A DNA stretch of 62,165 nucleotides, counting the filler, from Anaerolineae bacterium (GTDB taxonomy: Bacteria; Chloroflexota; Anaerolineae; Epilineales; Epilineaceae), in the NCBI GenBank assembly GCA_029262755.1. It is 5 parts of 5 records of this genome, joined end to end, with 100 filler letters (N's around TTAATTAATTAA, not from the genome) between each part and the next. Parts side by side here need not be neighbours in the genome. Positions count along the whole stretch, not along the records: positions 1 to 19,350 come from JAJCYU010000267.1; positions 19,451 to 34,317 come from JAJCYU010000268.1; 3 more parts are not named here. One strand, 5' to 3'. The notes beneath the pieces were generated by a model. That model saw only the letters and a list, made by a program, of their open reading frames with translations, did not search any database and was not told where the DNA came from. The translations under genes were made by a program, and so were the position numbers. This document shows, piece by piece, positions 11,379 through 21,660 of this stretch. Every line of letters starts with the position of its first letter. Positions within the stretch are counted from its first letter, which is position 1.

Positions 11379-14071
11379 CTCCCCGAGGCTTGGATCGCGC
11401 GGTAGATCTCGTAGTTGACCAAGACGAGGCGCAGGTAGCTGCGCGTTTCGCGGAAGTCGATCGTTTCGACGAGGCGGTCGGTGTCGCCTAGGGACTCGGG
11501 CCACCAGCGGGCCGCGTTGCCGGGGCCGCCGTTGTAGGCGGCGAGGGCCGGGCCGGGTTGGCCGTCGAAACGCTGGAGCTGTTGGCCGATGTAGTAGGCG
11601 CCGAAGCGCAGCGCGACGGAGGGGCGGTAGAGATCGTCCGTGCTGTAGGGTGACGCACGGAGTTGGGAGGCGATGCCGTCGCCCGTGCCCGGCATCACTT
11701 GGGCGAGGCCGCGTGCGCCGGCGGAGGAGATCGCGGTCGGCTCGAAGCGCGATTCCTGCCGGAGGAGCGCGAGCAGGAGCGCGGTCTCGATCTCCGCCGA
11801 GCCGGCGGCGGCGCGGGTCAGATCGGGCCACGGATCCGGGTAAGCCAAACTCCACAACGCGACCGGCGCGGCGGCTTGCGCGCCGAACGGCGCCATGCGC
11901 AGCGCCGCGGTCGCGTGGCCCAGCGCGATGTCGTCGAGGCCGAGCTCGCGTGCGACCAGCGAGAGGGCGACGTTGCGCGCGGCGCGGGTTCCCGCATCCT
12001 GCCCGGAGACGGACTCCGTGCCGCGCAGGCCGCGCAACGCGTCGCGTCGGCGGCCGAGGGCAAGGTAGGCCTCCGCGCGCTGAACGTCGCGGTGGGCGAG
12101 GATATGGGGGATCGCATCGGTGACTGCGCCGGGCCCGATGATCGGGTGGATGGTGGCGAGCCATGCGCCGATCGTAGCCGCGGGATCGTCGGCGGTGGCG
12201 GGTGCATCGGGGCCGGGGCCGGGGGGCGCGGTGCTGAGACGCTGGGCGGCGCGCAGGCCGTACCAGCCGTTCGGGTCGGCCGGGACCGCCGACCGCCAAT
12301 GCGCCGTGGCTGCCGTCTCGTCGCCGGCGTCGGCGGCCAGGCGGCCGAGCCAGTAGTGACCCCGCGCGTCGGCGATCGCATCCTCGGATCGGGCGACGAG
12401 GTCTTCCCACCGGGTGATCGCCGTGTCGCGTCGTCCGCCGACATAGGCGAGCCAGCCGGCGCGGAAGCCCGCGTCGCCGGAGCGGCTCTCGCTGGGGTCA
12501 AGATCAAAGACCGCGGCCCACGCGGCGCCGCCGGCGATGTCGCCGTCGCGCTGTTCGACGAGCAGGGCCCGCCGCCATAGGGCATCGTAGGCGAAGCCGC
12601 CGGGCGCGTATGGATAGGTCGTGGCGATCGCGGCGAGGGCCTCGATTTCCTCGTCGCCGCGGCCTTCGGCGCGCAGGGCGCGGGTGCGGGCGAACGCGAT
12701 CGCCGCCTCGACGGGGGAGTCCTGGCCGGATGCAAGGAAGGTGTCGGCGCGAGCGCGTGCCGCGGCGGCGCGGCCGAGCTCGAGTTCCAGCTCGATCGCC
12801 TCCAGCGTGCGCGTGCCGATGTCCTCGTTGGCGGTTGCCGGAGGCGGGGCAGCGCTAGCGGCATCGGCGAGCGCGCGTTCGAGGATGGCGAGCGCGGCGC
12901 TGTACTCACCGTGCATGCGCAGCACCGTTGCGTGGGTGTCGGGGCCGACATCTTCGCCCAATTCGAGTAGGCGTGTCAGGGCCACACGGGCGGGGTCGCT
13001 GCGCGGAAGCTCCACGACGAGTCGGCGCCGCGCCGCCAAGGCCGCCGTCTCGTCGTCGGCGGCCAGGTGCGCCGCGACCTGGCCGGCGAGGGCTTGCGCG
13101 CGTTCGGACTCGGACGGCGCGACCGATTCGGCGCGGCGGTATGCATCCAACGCGGCGGACGTGTCCTGCGCGTCCAGCCAGGCGTTGCCCTCGCGCACGG
13201 CGGCAAGGGCTGCCGTGGAGGGCGAGGCGGCATCGGCGAAGGCGCGCTCATAGGCCGCGGCGGCTTCGGTGTATCGGTCATCCGCGGCGTGCAGCGCGCC
13301 CGCCGACAGCAGCGCGACATCCGCCATGGCCGGCCGGGCATCCGCGTAGGCCTCGTAGGCCGCGATGGCCTCGTCGGATCGTCCGGCCGCGGCGAGCGCT
13401 TCGGCGCGCAGGTAGTGCGCTTCCGGCGCGCTCTCCGCGGGTGGCGCAAGCGCGAGCGCGCTCAGCGTGGCGCTCACGTCCGCGCGCGCCCACGCGATGC
13501 GCGCGGCGGACTGCGCGGCCTGGGCGCGGAGCTCCGGTGAGCGCGCGCTGTCGGCGGCGAGGGACGCGTAGCCGCGCGCAGCCTCGCTGATGCGCGCCTC
13601 CTCCTCGAGCGCGTCGAGCTCGCGCAGCGCGGCACGATCGTCCAGGGTGAGGACGGAGGATGAGGACCAACCGGGTGGCAACGGGTTGCCGCCGGAGGAC
13701 GAGATCGACCCGTTGTCGCCCGAGATGACGGGGGAGGCGAGATACGACGAGGTTCCGGTCACGGTACTCGTGGGAGCCGAGCGAAGCGACGAGTCAGTCG
13801 TTCCAGGATCGCTGAGGGCGTCGCCGCCGGCACCGGTCTCCATCCCGGATTCGGGGTTGGATCCGAGAGATGCAGTCGCTCCATCCGGTGACAGGTCGCC
13901 CGCGCTATCGGACGACGAGACGCCGGTCGCCTCGGGATCTTCGCTCCGACCCGTGCCCGACGACGGATCGAGCACGCGCAGCGCGAACCAAAGCACGCCC
14001 GCCAGCAGGAGGACGGCGCCGAGGGCCGGCAGGAGGATCGCGCCGCGCGGCGGCGACTGCTTCAGCTCCAT
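11375..14071 (-). CDS. Membrane-anchored soluble-type lytic transglycosylase with TPR repeats
   Basis: N-terminal TM, Ser/Gly linker and TPR-like repeats. SLT motifs RQESRF, GLAQVMP, AAYNGG and ETRSY. Confidence 0.93.
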   Translation of the reverse strand: MELKQSPPRGAILLPALGAVLLLAGVLWFALRVLDPSSGTGRSEDPEATGVSSSDSAGDLSPDGATASLGSNPESGMETGAGGDALSDPGTTDSSLRSAPTSTVTGTSSYLASPVISGDNGSISSSGGNPLPPGWSSSSVLTLDDRAALRELDALEEEARISEAARGYASLAADSARSPELRAQAAQSAARIAWARADVSATLSALALAPPAESAPEAHYLRAEALAAAGRSDEAIAAYEAYADARPAMADVALLSAGALHAADDRYTEAAAAYERAFADAASPSTAALAAVREGNAWLDAQDTSAALDAYRRAESVAPSESERAQALAGQVAAHLAADDETAALAARRRLVVELPRSDPARVALTRLLELGEDVGPDTHATVLRMHGEYSAALAILERALADAASAAPPPATANEDIGTRTLEAIELELELGRAAAARARADTFLASGQDSPVEAAIAFARTRALRAEGRGDEEIEALAAIATTYPYAPGGFAYDALWRRALLVEQRDGDIAGGAAWAAVFDLDPSESRSGDAGFRAGWLAYVGGRRDTAITRWEDLVARSEDAIADARGHYWLGRLAADAGDETAATAHWRSAVPADPNGWYGLRAAQRLSTAPPGPGPDAPATADDPAATIGAWLATIHPIIGPGAVTDAIPHILAHRDVQRAEAYLALGRRRDALRGLRGTESVSGQDAGTRAARNVALSLVARELGLDDIALGHATAALRMAPFGAQAAAPVALWSLAYPDPWPDLTRAAAGSAEIETALLLALLRQESRFEPTAISSAGARGLAQVMPGTGDGIASQLRASPYSTDDLYRPSVALRFGAYYIGQQLQRFDGQPGPALAAYNGGPGNAARWWPESLGDTDRLVETIDFRETRSYLRLVLVNYEIYRAIQASGS

Positions 14072-14404
14072 GCGGCAGGGTCGAACTCAATTGCGATGCG
14101 AGGGCAGCGAATCGTGTCGCGACAAGAGCTTGCGCGCCGCGGGCGTGGTCGCAAGGACGGCTGCGAGTTCATGGGGTGCGTAGACGTTGCGTTCATAGTC
14201 TCGGAAGTATAGGGAGGGTTCCGAGCCGATGGTGCCGTCTTGCCGCCATCTCTCCCACGCTCACCCTACGGTGTGGGGGGTGGATGGGTACCGAGTTTGG
14301 ACCGGGATGGATGAGCATGAGGCACGTCGTGCCCGTGTCCTGGATCCTCGGAACCTTCTGCCCGCACCAGCCTGGCCCTTCCCGCCGCGCGCTATCATGC
14401 CCGC

Positions 14405-15415
14405 ATGACGTCCGCCCCCCGTGTTACCCCGATCCTCGCGCCCTTTGTGGCGAATGGCGGCCTGCTCTTGCTCGACGGTGGGCTAGCCACCGAGCTCGAG
14501 GCGCGCGGGCACGATCTTTCGGACGCGTTGTGGTCCGCGCGCTTGCTGCGCGACGCGCCGGCATCGGTGCGCGACGTCCATGCGGCCTACTTCGCGGCGG
14601 GCGCCGATTTGGCGATTACAGCCAGCTACCAGGCGAGCTTCGACGGCTTCGCACGCGTGGGCGTCGGGCAGGCGGAGGCCGAGGACCTGATGCGGCGCTC
14701 GGTGACGCTGGCGCGTGAGGCGGCGGCCGGTGCGGGGCGTGAAGGCGGGCGGCCGCGGCTCGTGGCGGCATCGGTCGGGCCCTACGGCGCCGCGCTCGCG
14801 GACGGCTCGGAGTATCGTGGCGATTATGGGGTCGATCGAGATGTGCTCGCGAGATTTCACCGGCGACGCTTGGAAGTTCTTGTAGAGGCCGGGCCGGACC
14901 TGCTCGCTCTCGAGACCATGCCGAATCGCGTGGAGATCGAGGTACTGCTCGAGCTGCTTGGTGAGCTGCCGGAATCGGCGCCTGCGGCGTGGCTCTCGGT
15001 CACGTGCCGCGACGGTGCGTGTTTGCGCGACGGGACCCCGATCGAGTCGATCGCGCGGCGCGTAGGGGCGTCAGGACGCGTTGTCGCATTCGGCGTCAAC
15101 TGCGTGGCGCCGGCGCACGTACGGTCGCTGCTCGAACGCGCCGCGGCCGTGACGGACCTGCCGCTGGTGGCCTACCCCAACCGGGGCGAGGAATGGGACG
15201 CGGTAGCGCGGGCTTGGATGAGCACGTCGGGCGACGATCGCGAGGAGCGGTCGGAGCGGGATGGCGCCGAGCGTGAAGGCTCGGCGCGTGACGAGTTCGT
15301 GCATCTCGCGCGCAGCTGGCATTCGGCCGGCGCTCGGCTGATTGGAGGCTGCTGTCGCACGGGGCCGGCGGATATTGCGGCGCTAGCGGAGGCATTTCGC
15401 GGCGGTGGGGAATGA
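14405..15415 (+). CDS. mmuM: Homocysteine S-methyltransferase
   Basis: LDGGLATELE, LWSA, GPYGA.LADGSEY.G.Y, GVNC, YPN.GE, IGGCC. TATCAT lies 6 nt upstream, so it may be leaderless. Confidence 0.93.
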   Translation: MTSAPRVTPILAPFVANGGLLLLDGGLATELEARGHDLSDALWSARLLRDAPASVRDVHAAYFAAGADLAITASYQASFDGFARVGVGQAEAEDLMRRSVTLAREAAAGAGREGGRPRLVAASVGPYGAALADGSEYRGDYGVDRDVLARFHRRRLEVLVEAGPDLLALETMPNRVEIEVLLELLGELPESAPAAWLSVTCRDGACLRDGTPIESIARRVGASGRVVAFGVNCVAPAHVRSLLERAAAVTDLPLVAYPNRGEEWDAVARAWMSTSGDDREERSERDGAEREGSARDEFVHLARSWHSAGARLIGGCCRTGPADIAALAEAFRGGGE

Positions 15416-15633
15416 GGCGCGGCACGTGGAGTATTGCGTTCCGGCACGGGAGGGGCGGCGCAACCGCTACGGGGTCGGTACCGGTGCGTTCGCGCTCTGA
15501 CGCTGGATCTCTGCTTCGACGGCGCCGAGGAAAGGCTGGTTGACGACCCTCCTTCCTACCAACGGGCCTCTTGCCTTGCTTCATCGACCTCACTTGCTCC
15601 CTACATCCACCCCTTCCCAGTCCCTGACCCTGA

Positions 15634-15676
15634 CGTACTCAGCCCCTGACTTCGAACTAGTCAGGGGCTGAGTGCG
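15634..15676. terminator. 18-bp hairpin between convergent genes
   Basis: CGTACTCAGCCCCTGACT-TCGAACT-AGTCAGGGGCTGAGTGCG. Confidence 0.7.
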
Positions 15677-15705
15677 AGCGATTGCGGGCGCTACCGCGCC
15701 GCTGT

Positions 15706-16140
15706 CTACCTCGTTCCACCTGCGATTGCAGGCTCCATCGCGCCAACTTGCACCGGATCCGTCGGATGCGCGACGTTCCATTTGGCAACCATCTCGGCGG
15801 CCGTCAGCCCGATGTTCTCGCGCTGCTGGATCTTGCCGGAGTAGTCGCTGAGGTCGGCGATTGCGCTGCGGAAGGTCTTGTCGAAGCGCATGACGGGCCG
15901 CACCGTGCCGTCGGCGCGCAGCTCGAGGGCGATCCGGCCGAGACCCGGTAGCTTGACCGCATATCCCTCGAGCAATGCATACACGATCTGGACGTGCAGC
16001 GCGCTCAATACGAGCCGAACGATGGGCGCGGTCACGAGCGTGCCGTTGGCCATGCGTGCGCCGAGCAAGCCGAGGCCGACCGTGCGGTAGGCGATCAGGC
16101 GCGGGCGGTAACGGGTAACGGCTTGGATGGTGGTGGCCAT
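15706..16140 (-). CDS. HU/IHF-like DNA-binding domain protein
   Basis: Helix followed by LLEGYAVKLPGLGRI, resembling the HU 'L..G..V.L.GFG.F' motif. AAGGGAG SD before the ATG. Confidence 0.6.
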   Translation of the reverse strand: MATTIQAVTRYRPRLIAYRTVGLGLLGARMANGTLVTAPIVRLVLSALHVQIVYALLEGYAVKLPGLGRIALELRADGTVRPVMRFDKTFRSAIADLSDYSGKIQQRENIGLTAAEMVAKWNVAHPTDPVQVGAMEPAIAGGTR

Positions 16141-16447
16141 GAAGGTCGCTCCCTTGCGGCTCTGGGGGGCGGTGTGAGCGGGTGTATTGCGCGAACGTGG
16201 GCTAGTAACGCGCGTCGGGGTAACGCGGTTCCCGGTGGACGTGCGCGAGCAGAACGGTCGGTCGGCGCCTGGATCCGCCATGTCGACTGCGCCGGACTAC
16301 GGCTCGGCCGGTCCATCCTCCGTCCATGCCCAGTCCGCGCCCACGTAATCGAGTATCAGCGAGTCGCGCTCGTCCGCGAGCTGCCGGACGCGTACCTGGT
16401 AACGGGTGGGTCCGCCGGGCTCGTCTTCGGTGGGATCGCCAAACCCC

Positions 16448-17479
16448 TCAGCGCCGACCGTCCGTAGATTTCCCCCCAACCGCCACCGGCTCATCCACCA
16501 CACGCACGTCCTCCGGCCCGCGCAACACGATCTGCGGCACGCCGCGGAAGCGCTCGATGGTGCCCTGCACGACGATGCAGCGATCGCGGAAGTGCAGGGC
16601 CGGGTGCGCCGGGTAGAGCTCGTAATCGCTGGGGAAGATCGCCACGTAGAAGTGGCCCTGGTAGGGCTCGTGGCTGTTGAGGAACGTGACCTTGCCCGTG
16701 TCCTTCGTGCCGACGACCTTGAACTCGACCGCCTGAAACGTGTCGAGGAAGTCCGCGGCGGAGGCTGCCGGAATCGCGCCGGGGATGCGAGCGCCGCAGG
16801 GGGGCGGGGTCGTATCCGTCGTGGGGGTCTCGACGCCGGCTGGCTCCGGTTGGGAGGGGGCGTCATTCTCCCGCGCTTCCCGCCCGGGTCGAAGGGCTAG
16901 CGCGGCGCGAACAGCGGTCGCCACGGGTGCCGTGCCTGTATGAGCGGCGGCGCTGTCGTTGGACGTCGCCTGCGCGCTGCGAACGGGCGAGGCTGCCAGC
17001 GGTGGCGGGGCCGGTTCTTGGCGCATAGCCCAGGATCGCGCGAAGATGGCGAGCAGCGCGACGAGCACGATCCACGACGAGGGGCGCGACAGGAGCGCTT
17101 TGGTACGGTATCCACGGGTCCCGTCGTCTGCAGCGCGCCCGTTGCTCGCGGCGAACCAGTGCGCCCACGTGGTCGGCGGACCGGGGTCTGCTTCTAGCTC
17201 GTTGTCCGACAACTTCACCACGCCTTCCGGGCGCGCGGGCTCGGTCTCCGGCAGGCGCCCTCGACGTGCCAACGCCGCGGCCGCGGCGGCACGAAACGCG
17301 TCCGATCCGATGCCCTCGGCAATCAGGTCGCGCAGGTAGGGGGCGTCCACCACCGCTACCCAGTCCACGCTCCGCCCGGCGTAGGGGCCGATGTCGAGCA
17401 TGGGAACGGATCGCGCCGTGGCGCGCGTAGCGCGTGCGGCTCGCTCGGTCGGGGGTGCATCTTCGGATCGCAAGGACAT
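16448..17479 (-). CDS. Single-pass membrane protein with a small N-terminal domain and a C-terminal OB-fold
   Basis: N-terminal IGPYAG..V..V...DAPYL (DUF3820/ExoX-C-like), central TM, and C-terminal FLN...F...IF...V.GTI..F.G.PQI. Confidence 0.6.
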   Translation of the reverse strand: MSLRSEDAPPTERAARATRATARSVPMLDIGPYAGRSVDWVAVVDAPYLRDLIAEGIGSDAFRAAAAAALARRGRLPETEPARPEGVVKLSDNELEADPGPPTTWAHWFAASNGRAADDGTRGYRTKALLSRPSSWIVLVALLAIFARSWAMRQEPAPPPLAASPVRSAQATSNDSAAAHTGTAPVATAVRAALALRPGREARENDAPSQPEPAGVETPTTDTTPPPCGARIPGAIPAASAADFLDTFQAVEFKVVGTKDTGKVTFLNSHEPYQGHFYVAIFPSDYELYPAHPALHFRDRCIVVQGTIERFRGVPQIVLRGPEDVRVVDEPVAVGGKSTDGRR

Positions 17480-17576
17480 AGCCACAGCTTGAGGCACCTT
17501 GGCCGGTTAGCGCACGGGGGTTCGCGCCAAGATTGCGCCGTGATTGCGACCCGTACACTAGACCAGCCACAGTCGG

Positions 17577-18251
17577 CTAAGCGCGCACCCTGCGCTCGGC
17601 TCGATGCCCAGTCGACTCGGGCCGCACCGTGCACCCACCCTGCACGGGCTCGGCCGACGTCTGTTCCGACAGCGAACCTGGCTCGGGCGCACCCAGCAAG
17701 CACGACGTCGGATCCACGCTCACGAAAGTACCGGGCGGGATCGCGACCGCGTCGCCGTCCGGCGACGTCTGATCGAGGAGCTTGCCCTCGGCGTCGCGGA
17801 CGAACAGCGTGTGGCGGTCCATCGAACGCGTGGCCGGGCCTTGCAAGAGGGTGCCGTCGCGCTCGAACCGCGAGCCGCAGGCCGGACAGAGGAAGATGTT
17901 GTTGCTCGCATTCCAATTCAGGAAGACGCCCCGGCGTGGGCAGACGAGGTGGAGCATCCGCGCACCGTCGTCGCCGGCTACGAATGCCATTCTCATTCCA
18001 GGCACGATGTAGGGCGGGTCACCGGGGCCCGGTAGCGACGCTGCGCCGCCCAGATCGACGATCTCATCGATGGCGTCGCGGCCGCCACCGTTGAGCGGCC
18101 GGCCGAGCGCCCCCAGGATGTTCGCGGACTGCGAGCCGAGCACGACCACCGCGCCGAGCCACGCCACGGAGAGCACCTCCCTGCGACTTATTGCTCGCGG
18201 AAACGTCGAAGCTGCGTCCACGTCCTTCTCGCCGTTCTCTTGGTCGTTCAT
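17577..18251 (-). CDS. Tat-anchored Rieske-fold protein with atypical ligand set
   Basis: SRREVL plus TM. The boxes read CPRRG...FLCPACGSRF..DG....GPATR. Confidence 0.75.
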   Translation of the reverse strand: MNDQENGEKDVDAASTFPRAISRREVLSVAWLGAVVVLGSQSANILGALGRPLNGGGRDAIDEIVDLGGAASLPGPGDPPYIVPGMRMAFVAGDDGARMLHLVCPRRGVFLNWNASNNIFLCPACGSRFERDGTLLQGPATRSMDRHTLFVRDAEGKLLDQTSPDGDAVAIPPGTFVSVDPTSCLLGAPEPGSLSEQTSAEPVQGGCTVRPESTGHRAERRVRA

Positions 18252-18641
18252 CGGTGACCCTCCTCGATGCTGCATCACCGGACGGAGCAAGGTGCTCGCG
18301 CGGTCGTGCCGGCCCGTACGCGCTCGAGATCGATGCCGCGCACGATGGATCGCGGGCCGCGACCGGCGTCCGGTAGGCGCGGAGCGGCGTAGGTTCAGGA
18401 TCCGCGATCGAGGTCGCAGGTCGGTCGGGTTTCCGTAGAAGCGCGGGCGATAAATCGTCACGTGAATCGAGGCGCGATCCGGCCTTCCTGGTGCTCGCGG
18501 TGGAGCCCACCGTGTCATCATCAGCGCCTCATTCGTCTTGATCGGCGCGAGCACGGCGAGCGGTCGCAACGAGCGGCACCGCCGCGGTCCACGATCGTCT
18601 CGCCATCCGACCAGTCAGCGCCGTCCTGGAGACTCCTCCGA

Positions 18642-19350
18642 ATGCCACCGATCGAACATCATCGCAACGATACTCGCGCCGGCGTGCCGGTCGCGTGGCG
18701 GCAGGCGCATAGTAAGCGAACCGCGCTCTTCGCCGCCGTCGCGACGGTCGCCGCCCTCGGCTTGGCGATTGGCCGGGGCGACCTCGAGCGCGACGATGCA
18801 CGGTCGGTCCGGGCCGACGCGCGACCAGCCTCGGCCAACGTCCGACCTCAGCAAGCGACCGGTACCGCGACGACCGTCGCATCCAGTGAGACGCCCACCC
18901 TGACGCCCTCCGCGACTCCGACCGTGCCCACGCTCACGCCGACGCAGACCCCGACCCTGCCGGCCTGGACGCCGAACGGGGCGTGGCGGCCGGTGCACGC
19001 GCCCGGCCGGGAGCCGTTGTGGACGCGGAATGTGCCGCGCTTGAATGCAGTGCACGGCCTGACGGACGAGCAAGGGGAGTCGACGGTGTGGGCCGTGGGC
19101 GACGATTGCGCGGTGGTGCGCTACACGGACGGCACCTGGGCGATCGACGCCGAGGCGGCCGCCTTGTGCAACGGCTCGCGTGCCTTCGATCTGCGAGACG
19201 TGTTCGTGCGCGAGGCGGACGAGGTTTGGGTCGTCGGGGCGTACACCGGTGGCTCGGGGCTCGAGTCCGTGCGCTGTGTGGAAGGCACGCCGGAGAGCAG
19301 GGAGGATGCTGATGTCGACGAGGGCTGCGGCATGGTGATGCATCGTCGGG
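18642..19350 (+). CDS. Secreted protein with Pro/Thr linker and beta-propeller-like repeats (partial, cut by gap)
   Basis: Hydrophobic N-terminal segment, TPT repeats, and repeats such as VWAVGD...YTDGTW and VWVVG. Confidence 0.65.
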
Positions 19351-19450
19351 NNNNNNNNNNNNNNNNNNNNNNNNNNNNNNNNNNNNNNNNNNNNTTAATT
19401 AATTAANNNNNNNNNNNNNNNNNNNNNNNNNNNNNNNNNNNNNNNNNNNN
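19351..19450. other. Artificial contig-joining spacer
   Basis: N44-TTAATTAATTAA-N44, which places stops in all six frames. Confidence 0.98.
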
Positions 19451-19540
19451 CGCCAGCGCCGTGGTGCTGGCGGCGTCGTCACCGCGCGAAAGATCGTAAA
19501 TCGCGCGCAGATAGTCTTCCATCGCCGGGGTTCGGTTCAC
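19451..19540 (-). CDS. DtxR/MntR-family metal-dependent repressor, N-terminus only (cut by gap)
   Basis: Manual translation VNRTPAMEDYLRAIYDLSRGDDAASTTALA carries the 'EDYL..IY.L' DtxR HTH signature. GGAGGG SD. Confidence 0.85.
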
Positions 19541-19625
19541 GGTCCCTCCACGGCCATTCTAGCGAGCGAAGCGCAATAATCCAATGCAGGCTAAATTGAA
19601 TTCGTTCCAATCACAACTCAAGTTG

Positions 19626-19637
19626 TAGGCTAGCCTA
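19626..19637. promoter_or_regulatory. DtxR/MntR-type operator palindrome
   Basis: Perfect palindrome TAGGCTAGCCTA in an AT-rich divergent promoter region, resembling TTAGG..CCTAA boxes of DtxR-family repressors. Confidence 0.7.
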
Positions 19638-19696
19638 AAACCATGTACACTCCGCCGAGCATGCCGAAGACTCCGTGCGCTAACGAGGTGGTCCCC

Positions 19697-21640
19697 ATGG
19701 TTCCAATCCATCCACGGTTCCGCATTCAGAGCGGTAGCCGCTCGGCGCGCGCCACGTCCCGGGTTGGTGTTGCCGTGCTGCTCGCTCTCGTGCTCACGTT
19801 GCTGACCCCGCGTCCGGGCAGCGCGCACATCGTGAAGGAGACCCCGTGGCATCCGGTGCCCGCGGCCTATCTGCGCGGGCTCTTTCTTGCCAACCTCGGC
19901 CCGGCCATCCGCTGGGATCGCATCGACGACGAGTGGTCGCAGCCGGCGGAGGGCGAGGGCTACGATGGGCTCTCGCCGCTCGACATGCTCGAGGAAGCCG
20001 ATGTCGACGCCGAGCCGATTCGCGCGGCGATTCGCGACGAAGATCGTCAAGCACTCTACGCCGCGTCGACCGCGGCCGTGTCGCGCTATGCACGCCACTT
20101 TCTCGCGGAGGCCACAGCCAAGCTTGATCGCCCGGGTGCTGCCAACGCGGATGTTCAGCGCGCAAGGCAGATCACGCGCGCCTTCGAGGATCCCTTCATC
20201 GCCGCCGTCGATCCGCGCGCCGCGCAGGACCTCGGTCGTGCATGGCTCACGCTGTCCAACAGTGTCGGGCATAGCGGCGTCATGGGCATCGGCCGCCTCG
20301 ACGCTCGGCCCGAGCCGTTCGCGCAGGCCAAGGGCACGGTCGAGACCTATCTGCGCTCCAACTACGAGGTCTCCGCATTCGAGACACGTCGTCTCCTTGC
20401 CCCCCTTCCCGAGCGCAGCCCCACCCGCGATCTGGAAGCGGAAGCGCCGTTCTGGCTGCCGCCGGGCACCAAGTTCAACGACCAGGACCCGCTGCCGCTG
20501 CTCGTGCTCAACTTCGAGTCCCGTGGCATCCACGAGGCCGACCTGCCGTTGATCGCTTACGGGGACATGCTCTTCGACTCCCCCCAGATCTTTGGCGATC
20601 CCGGCAAGAGCCTCGGTATCACGTGCTCGAAGTGCCACAACCGCAGCGATATCAACCGGGATCTGTTCATTCCCGGTGTCAGCCATAAGCCCGGCTCGAT
20701 CGACGTAGACGGCGCGTTCTTCAACTCCGCATTCAACGACATCCGCGACGACCCGATTGACATTCCGTCTCTGCGCGGGCTGCGCTTCACCGGTCCGTAC
20801 GGCCGTGACGGCCGCTTTGCGTCCCTGCGCGAGTTCACACGAAACGTGATCGTCAACGAGTTCGGCGGCGAAGAGCCGACACCCTTCATGCTCGATGCGC
20901 TGGTGTCCTACATGCTCGAGTTCGACTGGTTGGAGAACTCGATGCTGGAACCCGACGGCCGCCTGAACGATGCCGCGCCGAAGGCGGCGCTGCGGGGCGA
21001 GGTCCTCTTCAACACCCCCTTCGAGGGGATGGGCGATCGGGCCTGCAGCACCTGCCATATCCCCAGCGCCAACTTCCTGGACCGGCTCCCGCACGACATC
21101 GGCTCGGCCGAACGGTCGAGCCCCCTTGCGCGCGATAGCTTCTTCGACACGCCGACCCTGATCAACGTCGCGCAGACGGCGCCCTACTTCCACGATGGAT
21201 CCTTGGACACCCTGGCCGACGTGGTGACCTGGTTCGACGAGCAATTCGCGCTGGAGCTCACCCAGGCCCAACGCGCCGATCTCACGGCGTACCTCGAGAC
21301 CATCGGCGCCGCGGACACGCCGTGGGAGATCTTCGACGACGAGAACACACGCTTCGCGCTGGATTGGTCGGAGCTGAGCACCTTCCTGACCACGCTGGAT
21401 GTGCTCATCGAGGAGCGCGATCAATTCCATGCGCTGCTGCTGCTCGACACCGTCGCGCCGGACCTGCGTCTCGACGCGAGCGGTGCCACGGATGCCACCG
21501 TCCTGCCGCGCGTCTTTGAGATCGCCGATGCGCTCGACGGCATCCGTGCTCGGATCGAGGCGGAGGAATGGGTGGTCGCCGAGGAACAGAACGAACGATA
21601 CCAAGAGCTCGCCGAGACCTACGGCGAGAGCTTCCGCTAG
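19697..21640 (+). CDS. Exported di-heme cytochrome c peroxidase/MauG-family protein with extra helical N- and C-terminal domains
   Basis: Signal peptide, CSKCH (20624-20638) and CSTCH (21044-21058), IPSLRG...PY..DGR and TPTLIN...APYFHDGS. Confidence 0.88.
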   Translation: MVPIHPRFRIQSGSRSARATSRVGVAVLLALVLTLLTPRPGSAHIVKETPWHPVPAAYLRGLFLANLGPAIRWDRIDDEWSQPAEGEGYDGLSPLDMLEEADVDAEPIRAAIRDEDRQALYAASTAAVSRYARHFLAEATAKLDRPGAANADVQRARQITRAFEDPFIAAVDPRAAQDLGRAWLTLSNSVGHSGVMGIGRLDARPEPFAQAKGTVETYLRSNYEVSAFETRRLLAPLPERSPTRDLEAEAPFWLPPGTKFNDQDPLPLLVLNFESRGIHEADLPLIAYGDMLFDSPQIFGDPGKSLGITCSKCHNRSDINRDLFIPGVSHKPGSIDVDGAFFNSAFNDIRDDPIDIPSLRGLRFTGPYGRDGRFASLREFTRNVIVNEFGGEEPTPFMLDALVSYMLEFDWLENSMLEPDGRLNDAAPKAALRGEVLFNTPFEGMGDRACSTCHIPSANFLDRLPHDIGSAERSSPLARDSFFDTPTLINVAQTAPYFHDGSLDTLADVVTWFDEQFALELTQAQRADLTAYLETIGAADTPWEIFDDENTRFALDWSELSTFLTTLDVLIEERDQFHALLLLDTVAPDLRLDASGATDATVLPRVFEIADALDGIRARIEAEEWVVAEEQNERYQELAETYGESFR

Positions 21641-21660
21641 TCGCGGACGAGGAGAGCACG

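Noticed and set aside
19351..19450. Repeated TTAATTAATTAA palindrome within N runs (four times)
   Set aside because: It is an artificial all-frame-stop linker joining contigs, not biology. Gene neighbourhoods across these gaps were not interpreted.
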